A stretch of DNA of 9,819 nucleotides from Candidatus Iainarchaeum sp. (GTDB lineage Archaea > Iainarchaeota > Iainarchaeia > Iainarchaeales > DTGL01): positions 1-9,819 of the forward strand of contig JAVYME010000039.1 of the NCBI GenBank assembly GCA_038736825.1, given 5' to 3'. Numbering within the stretch: position 1 is the stretch's first letter; the number at the start of each line of letters is the position of its first letter. Positions 5,259 to 9,819 of the stretch are shown piece by piece. The notes beneath the pieces were generated by a model. It was not told where the DNA came from, searched no databases, and was given only the letters and a program-made list of their open reading frames with translations. A program made the translations under genes and the position numbers.

Positions 5259-6274
5259 GCGCCCAGTTTTGACTGTTTTCCTTTTTGCTCTGTTTTTAAT
5301 TTAATTCTCTCAATAGCCTTTTCAACCCTTTCTGTTGAAAAGGAATGCTCTTCGCATAAGAGTTTTTTTATTCCTTCAGCGTCAGGCGGAGAGAATTTTA
5401 TGGAATAGTTTTCGGTTGTTTTTGGGTGCAAAAACAATTCCATTATTTCATTATAGTCAAATTGCGGTTGTGCTTTTGTTTCTGCAAGGATTGCTTCAAA
5501 AGAAGAGTGCTTTTTTGCAAGCTCTAGGGCTTTTTTTGGGCCTATGCCTGGAATTTTTTCGTTGAAGTCAGTGCCCAAAAGCATTGCAATCCAGACAAGT
5601 TTTTCCCTGTCAAGGTTCAAGCTTTTCAGGGTTTGCTCTAATTCTATGAGTTCTGGATTGATGTCTATGTATATTTCCTTGCCTGGAACCTTTCTTTTTC
5701 CAGTGATTGCCAGGTTGCGCAAAAGCCTTGGCGAGCCAAACAAGAGGGCATCGTAGTCCTGGCTTGCACAAGCAAAAACCTTGCCTGAAGCGCACATTGC
5801 TGAAACCTGTGCTTCTCCTTCGCTTGGAGCTTCAATTACCGGCAACCCCATTAATCCAACCAGTTTTTTTGACTCCTCAATCATTTCGCTTGTAAGCCTT
5901 AACGCTTGTTGAGCGTATTTCCTCATGTCTTCAATGCGCCCTTCCCTTTTAGCATCTTCCAGTTTTTTTTCAGCCTCTGTTCGAATTCTTTGCCTTTCCT
6001 CCCGGGTTTTTTGCTTTAATTTGCTTGGTTCTCCGTCAAAAACAAAAACCGGCTTGATATCCTGTTCCAGAATGCTGGTTGTCCTGTAAAGAAGCCCTGT
6101 AAGGTGACTTGTTATCCTGCCCTTGGAGTCCATTAAGGGCGTGCCATCAATTCCGCGAATGCTTGAAAGGAATTGATAGAGAATGTTAAAGGAATCAATG
6201 CCTATAATGCAGCCTGAAAGCGATTCAAGCGAAATCTCTTTTTTTTGCACTATTGAACCCAAGTCCACGCCCAT
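5249..6274 (-). CDS. fen: flap endonuclease 1 (FEN1)
   Basis: 341 aa. MGVDLG..IDSFNILYQFLSSIRGIDGTPLMDSKGRITSHLTGLLYRT is near-identical in pattern to characterised archaeal FEN1 N-domains. There is also an H3TH region (GTDFNEKIPGIGPKKALEL) and a C-terminal PIP-like QSKLGAWG. Confidence 0.95.
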   Translation of the reverse strand: MGVDLGSIVQKKEISLESLSGCIIGIDSFNILYQFLSSIRGIDGTPLMDSKGRITSHLTGLLYRTTSILEQDIKPVFVFDGEPSKLKQKTREERQRIRTEAEKKLEDAKREGRIEDMRKYAQQALRLTSEMIEESKKLVGLMGLPVIEAPSEGEAQVSAMCASGKVFACASQDYDALLFGSPRLLRNLAITGKRKVPGKEIYIDINPELIELEQTLKSLNLDREKLVWIAMLLGTDFNEKIPGIGPKKALELAKKHSSFEAILAETKAQPQFDYNEIMELFLHPKTTENYSIKFSPPDAEGIKKLLCEEHSFSTERVEKAIERIKLKTEQKGKQSKLGAWG

Positions 6275-6340
6275 TCAAACCAAAAATAATAATCTTGTTG
6301 AATTGTTTTATTCTTTTCCTTTCCAAGTTCAATCCAAAAG

Positions 6341-6347
6341 ATTAAAA
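6341..6347 (+). promoter_or_regulatory. TATA-like ATTAAAA 25-31 nt upstream of the mbf1 ATG (leaderless transcript candidate)
   Basis: Seen: AAAAGATTAAAACC at 6337-6350, with no SD between it and ATG 6372. The spacing fits a leaderless archaeal mRNA. Inference only. Confidence 0.35.
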
Positions 6348-6371
6348 CCTTTTTTTTGCTTATTTTCGCTT

Positions 6372-6758
6372 ATGGAATGCGAAATTTGTGGAACAGAATG
6401 CAAAAAGCTTTTCCAAGTTGAACTGGAAGGCGCCAGAGTGATGGCTTGCCCTGACTGTGCAAAGCTTGGAGTGGTTATTCCAGGAAAAGCATTTGGAGAA
6501 GACAAAAAAAGCGCTTTTTTCAAGGAAACCCCAAAACACTTGGAGGAAGCGCCTGAAATAATTGAAGACTTTGGCTCCATTGTAAGAAAAGCAAGGGAAA
6601 AAATGGGCCTTACAAGGGAAGAGCTCGCCCTAAAAATTTTTGAAAAAGCCTCAGTCATTCACAGAATTGAAACAGCCAATTTTGTTCCAGACGAAAAAAC
6701 AATAAAAAAACTGGAAGGGGTTTTGGGGGTAAGCCTTGCAAGACCACCAGAAAGCTAA
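6372..6758 (+). CDS. mbf1: archaeal multiprotein-bridging-factor-1-like protein (N-terminal zinc ribbon + cro/C1 HTH)
   Basis: I place the start at the internal ATG 6372 (MECEICGTECKK...ACPDCAKLG, i.e. CxxC-x17-CxxC). The HTH is IVRKAREKMGLTREELALKIFEKASVIHRIETANFVPDEKTIKKLEGVLGV. The 63 upstream codons of track ORF 6183..6758 overlap the fen 5' end and look non-coding. Confidence 0.85.
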   Translation: MECEICGTECKKLFQVELEGARVMACPDCAKLGVVIPGKAFGEDKKSAFFKETPKHLEEAPEIIEDFGSIVRKAREKMGLTREELALKIFEKASVIHRIETANFVPDEKTIKKLEGVLGVSLARPPES

Positions 6759-6826
6759 TTAAGGCTTTTCAACCAATTTTTATTGTTAAAACATTTCACT
6801 AAGTGTTTTTTTTTGCTTGAATTTTA

Positions 6827-8293
6827 GTGTTTGTGGTTGTGAAAAGCGTGCTTTTTGAATTATGGGCTTTGCCTGGCACTGGCATTGAACTGCCGGTTCT
6901 GGCATGGGCTTTTCTGGCAGTGCTTGCAATTGTTGTTTCAACTTTTTTGTTGAAAAAAATTGCAGGCGCTGAAACCTTTTTTTGGAGTTTTTCCATAATA
7001 AGAAGCCAAAGGCTTACAAAAACCATACTCGCTTTAGAGCGCTTTGGTCCAATTGTTTCAATTCTTTCAGAAATCGGGCTTGTTTTGGGTTTTGGGGTTT
7101 TTGCATCTGATTTCCTTTACGGCAGAAAAAGAAACAAAATTGAAAGGATTGCAATTGCAATTGCAACCGCTAGCGCGCTTTTTCTCTTTTATTCTTTTAC
7201 TTTTTTCAATTCTTTTGAAGTAGCGCCAGCCCTAAATCCCTTCAAGCACTTTTTAGTGCTTGTTTTCTCTGTTTTTGGAATCTCTGGCTTTATGGTTTTA
7301 TTGCTTTCAATAATGGCTTTTGGAATAATTGTCAGGTTTTTTGCAGGACAGCCTTCTTGTCCAAATATTGCTCCCCTCATTCCAGGAGTGCAATTGCCAC
7401 AGGTTCCATTTGTAGTGCCAGTTTATGCTTGGATTGGCATTTTTTTTGCAATGATAGTGCATGAAGCCAGCCATGGAATCAAAGCAGTTTATGAAAGGGT
7501 TAAAGTGAAAAGCTCTGGCTTGCTTGCAATAGGGTTTTTTCCAATTGGCGCTTTTGTGGAACCAGACGAGGAAATGCTTAAAGCGGTTTCAGAGAGAGCG
7601 CGCGCAGGAGTTTTTGCCGCAGGCCCAGCTGCAAACCTTGCTTCAATGGTTCCTGTTTTGGTTTTGATTTTGCTTTTCGGCATGCTTTTTTTTGTTCCAG
7701 CAAAAACTGCTCTTGAAAAAGCATATCTTGAAGGAGTGTCCCATGTTCAAATAGTTGGAGTTGATGAAAACCTGCCTTTTTGCGGCAACCCACAGGCTCC
7801 AGCTCATGGAAAACTCCAGCCCGGAATGAAGGTTTTACAAGTAAATGATGTCAATATTCGCACCACTTCTGATCTTCAAATAGCATTAAGACAAAAGCCT
7901 TTTCAAAAAACAAGGTTTTTGGTTGACTTGAACGGCGAAATCCGAGAAATTTTTATCACTCCACACCAAGAAACCAGTTATTTTGGCTTTCAGACAGAAA
8001 ACGTAATGAAAAGCGGTTTTGTTTTGCCAGAAAAAGAATTCAACAACTATTATTGGATTGCACTGTTTTTTGACATTCTTCAATGGATTTTGCTCATTTC
8101 TTTCCTTTTAGCCACAGCCAATTTTCTGCCAGTGCCAATTTTTGACGGCGGCCAGATTGCAGTAATCCTTTATTCTCCCCTTTTAAAGCCCTTCATTGCG
8201 GTTCAAGAAAAAAGGGAAAAAATAGTGAAGGGCTTTTTCTATTTATTGCTTTTTGTTCTTTTTGCCGTGAATGCTTTGCCCTTTTTCCTTTAA
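6827..8293 (+). CDS. M50-family site-2 protease with PDZ-like insert and a long N-terminal membrane extension
   Basis: HEASH (HExxH) sits at residues 212-216 (nt 7460-7474). A PDZ-like segment (GKLQPGMKVLQVNDVNIRTTSDLQIAL) follows, then the second metal-ligand motif NFLPVPIFDGG. The start is uncertain: GTG 6827 is the first start after the in-frame TGA at 6818-6820, GTGs at 6833, 6839 and 6848 are also possible, and the first ATG is codon 156. Confidence 0.85.
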   Translation: MFVVVKSVLFELWALPGTGIELPVLAWAFLAVLAIVVSTFLLKKIAGAETFFWSFSIIRSQRLTKTILALERFGPIVSILSEIGLVLGFGVFASDFLYGRKRNKIERIAIAIATASALFLFYSFTFFNSFEVAPALNPFKHFLVLVFSVFGISGFMVLLLSIMAFGIIVRFFAGQPSCPNIAPLIPGVQLPQVPFVVPVYAWIGIFFAMIVHEASHGIKAVYERVKVKSSGLLAIGFFPIGAFVEPDEEMLKAVSERARAGVFAAGPAANLASMVPVLVLILLFGMLFFVPAKTALEKAYLEGVSHVQIVGVDENLPFCGNPQAPAHGKLQPGMKVLQVNDVNIRTTSDLQIALRQKPFQKTRFLVDLNGEIREIFITPHQETSYFGFQTENVMKSGFVLPEKEFNNYYWIALFFDILQWILLISFLLATANFLPVPIFDGGQIAVILYSPLLKPFIAVQEKREKIVKGFFYLLLFVLFAVNALPFFL

Positions 8294-8305
8294 AGCATTA
8301 AATCC

Positions 8306-8356
8306 AAAAAAAAAAGAATTAAAAAAATAAAAAAAGGAAAGGGTTAAACCCTTTCC
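8306..8356 (-). terminator. stem-loop followed by long oligo-T tracts, terminator of ftsZ (possibly shared with the convergent S2P gene)
   Basis: Seen: perfect palindrome GGAAAGGGTT-A-AACCCTTTCC at 8336-8356, 12 nt after the ftsZ stop. On the - strand it is followed immediately by T7-A-T7-AATTC-T10 (complement of 8306-8335). Confidence 0.6.
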
Positions 8357-8368
8357 GGTTTAATGGCT

Positions 8369-9442
8369 TCACCTTACATAGTCCAAGTCCAAGTCTTTTT
8401 TGCTTGGAATTTTGCCGCCTGACTTGGATGCCGGGCCTTTTATGTATGGCGAGTGCACTCCTGTGAAAATTGTTATGACTTCCATTTTGTTTTCAAAGGT
8501 TGGATCAACTCTTGCACCCCAAATAACTTGCGCTTTGGGGTCAATGTGTTCTGTCAGCATTTCGCCCACTTCGTTGGCTTCACCTAAAGTCAGTTCTGGG
8601 CCGCCTGTAATGTGAATGAGTGCTCCTGTTGCGCCTGTAATGTCAACGTCTAATAGGGCGTTTTTGAGAGTGTCTTCCACTACTTCGTTGACTTTGTCCA
8701 CGCTCTTGCTTTCACCGACTGCTATAACGCTTAAGCCTTGGTTGCTCATTACAGCGCGCACGTCTGCATAGTCCAAGTTGATTAGTGAAGGCTGTGTTAT
8801 TGTTTCTGTTATTCCTCTAACGGTTCTTGCAATCACTTCGTCTGCAACCTTGAATGCGTCCTGGATTGGCAGGTTTGGCACTAATTCCACAAGCCTGTTG
8901 TTGTCTATTACTACGACTGTGTCTGTGACTGCCTGCAATCTTTCAATTCCTTCTTCTGCCTTGATGAGCCTTGCTTTTTCAAGTGCGAATGGGTATGTTA
9001 CAATTGCAATAACTATTGCTCCTTGTTCTTTTGCGATTTCTGCAATTATTGGTGCAGAGCCTGTTCCTGTGCCGCCCCCCATTCCAGAGGAAAGGAACAA
9101 CATGTCAACTCCGTTCAAGACTTCTTCCAGTGCTGCTCTTGAGACTTCTGCTGCTTTTGCGCCGATCTCTGGATAGCCTCCTGCACCCAAGCCTCTTGTC
9201 ACGCTTTTTCCAATCAATATTTTTGTTATTTCGTCGTTTACTAGGGAAAGGTGTTGTTTGTCAGTGTTTACTGCCACTAATTGTGCGCCTGAAATGCCCA
9301 TGCTTGCAAGCCTGTTTACTGCGTTAGAGCCAGCACCTCCTGTTCCAATCACCATTATTTTTGGTGTTCCGAATTCCTCCAGCCTGTCATCGTTGGCAGA
9401 GGTTTTCTCTTTGTCCACAGCATTCTCTATTATGCTTTTCAA
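8369..9442 (-). CDS. ftsZ: cell division protein FtsZ
   Basis: 357 aa. Motifs are GTGGAGSNAVNRL, the tubulin signature GMGGGTGTGSAPIIA and the T7 loop NLDYADVRAVM. The start is TTG (9442-9440). Confidence 0.95.
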   Translation of the reverse strand: MKSIIENAVDKEKTSANDDRLEEFGTPKIMVIGTGGAGSNAVNRLASMGISGAQLVAVNTDKQHLSLVNDEITKILIGKSVTRGLGAGGYPEIGAKAAEVSRAALEEVLNGVDMLFLSSGMGGGTGTGSAPIIAEIAKEQGAIVIAIVTYPFALEKARLIKAEEGIERLQAVTDTVVVIDNNRLVELVPNLPIQDAFKVADEVIARTVRGITETITQPSLINLDYADVRAVMSNQGLSVIAVGESKSVDKVNEVVEDTLKNALLDVDITGATGALIHITGGPELTLGEANEVGEMLTEHIDPKAQVIWGARVDPTFENKMEVITIFTGVHSPYIKGPASKSGGKIPSKKDLDLDYVR

Positions 9443-9445
9443 ACT

Positions 9446-9453
9446 CTCACCCC
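9446..9453 (-). promoter_or_regulatory. Shine-Dalgarno element GGGGTGAG upstream of the ftsZ TTG start
   Basis: The - strand reads CGGGGTGAGAGT-TTG. The GGTGA core ends 4 nt before the start codon and is complementary to the conserved archaeal 16S 3' tail (established knowledge). Confidence 0.55.
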
Positions 9454-9454
9454 G

Positions 9455-9804
9455 TTTTTTTTTAGAATTTTGGATAAAAAGCTGTTATGCAATAATATAT
9501 CCCATTAACTCCTTTATATTGGTTTAGTTTGAAAAATAAAGCAATATTAACACTTATTTCAAATTTATTTTTTTTGTTAATAAAAAAACACATTATGTAT
9601 ACGAAAATTGTTGGGATTTTGAATTTTTTTTCATTATTTTTTTAGTTTTTTTTAATTTTTTCAATTGGTTGTGTTAAAACTTAAAATCGGAGCAATTTTA
9701 TTGGTTTTTTTTTAATTTTAAGCGTTAATTTTGTTTTTTTAATCTTTTTAAACTATTTTTTGTTCATTTTTTAAGTTTAGGGCTGAATTAATGGTTTAAT
9801 GATT
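9455..9804. other. long T-rich, very low GC non-coding spacer with repeated T7-9-AAT motifs
   Basis: No ORF of meaningful length on either strand. My hand count is 41 G+C in the 240 nt from 9541 to 9780 (~17%). T tracts: T8 9568-9575, T8 9624-9631, T7 9637-9643, T8-AA-T6 9646-9661, T9-AA-T4 9705-9719, T7-AA-TC-T5 9734-9749. The region must contain the ftsZ promoter; the rest is unexplained. Confidence 0.5.
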
Positions 9805-9819
9805 ATGTTTTTTGAAAAT

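Noticed and set aside
3850-5895. Track ORFs 3850..4038, 5112..5408, 5335..5565, 5544..5756, 5610..5795 and 5707..5895
   Set aside because: They are antisense or out-of-frame shadows within lysK and fen, with Phe/Ser/Leu-rich nonsense composition.
6183-6371. The N-terminal 63 codons of track ORF 6183..6758, upstream of the MBF1 zinc ribbon
   Set aside because: This stretch overlaps the fen 5' coding region (to 6274) and the divergent promoter gap. Its sequence (..NNNLVELFYSFPFQVQSKRLKPFFCLFSL) looks like translated AT-rich spacer. Archaeal MBF1 proteins begin at the CxxC ribbon, so I start the gene at ATG 6372.
6372-8293. The mbf1-S2P adjacency as a regulated-intramembrane-proteolysis signalling pair, by analogy with anti-sigma/S2P
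   Set aside because: MBF1 here has no transmembrane segment to serve as an S2P substrate, and the genes are separated by a gap with its own TATA-like element (6777-6785). The adjacency alone is not evidence.
6329-9527. Track ORFs 6329..6658, 6799..7026, 7189..7380, 7489..7683, 7578..7793, 7886..8083, 8400..8615, 8778..9176, 9016..9327 and 9258..9527
   Set aside because: All lie inside and opposite to, or out of frame with, mbf1, the S2P gene or ftsZ. None shows motifs or translation signals.
9620-9760. Repeated T-tract-AAT units as a CRISPR array or tandem repeat
   Set aside because: The units are short, degenerate, low-complexity and irregularly spaced (59 and 29 nt). There are no 25-40 nt conserved repeats or unique spacers.
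9805-9819. ATG 9805 (MFFEN..) as the start of a + strand gene at the right edge
   Set aside because: Only five codons are visible, with no RBS. It is mentioned only as context for the long spacer.
1-9819. C/D-box or other small ncRNAs in the intergenic gaps
   Set aside because: I scanned by eye for RUGAUGA...CUGA pairs. The only TGATGA hexamers (near 7763 and 8957) lie inside CDSs without correctly spaced D boxes. Apart from the tRNA, no GC-rich structured block stands out from the AT-rich spacers.

Overview
This is an AT-rich, tightly packed archaeal chromosomal segment. The archaeal call is inferred from gene content: class I LysRS, FEN1, archaeal MBF1, ribosomal protein L40e, a UbiA-type prenyltransferase, TATA-type promoters and oligo-T terminators. 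The lineage cannot be named from sequence alone; a small-genome uncultured archaeon (for example DPANN) is plausible but unproven. Left to right the window holds: a possible 3' end of a + strand gene; an uncharacterised cluster (214-aa membrane protein, candidate 34-aa TM micropeptide, 51-aa FCS/TRASH-type zinc-finger protein missing from the ORF track, 126-aa polytopic membrane protein); tRNA-Glu(UUC); rpl40e (also missing from the track); a UbiA/DGGGP-synthase-like prenyltransferase abutting protein-L-isoaspartate O-methyltransferase; class I lysyl-tRNA synthetase and FEN1 on the - strand with a 10-nt overlap; archaeal MBF1; an M50 site-2 protease with a long N-terminal membrane extension; FtsZ; and a roughly 360-nt, ~17% GC, T-tract-laden non-coding region at the right edge. 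Verdict: most of the window is ordinary housekeeping. I see no CRISPR array, transposase, integrase, toxin-antitoxin pair, restriction-modification system or recognisable defence module, so I cannot support a claim that it holds a new biological system. The parts worth a second look are the tRNA-proximal cluster of unknown small and membrane genes (116-1727), the S2P N-terminal extension, the unusually long T-rich spacer upstream of ftsZ, and several gene-overlap and non-ATG start-codon peculiarities. All homology calls come from motif recognition by eye, not from searches.
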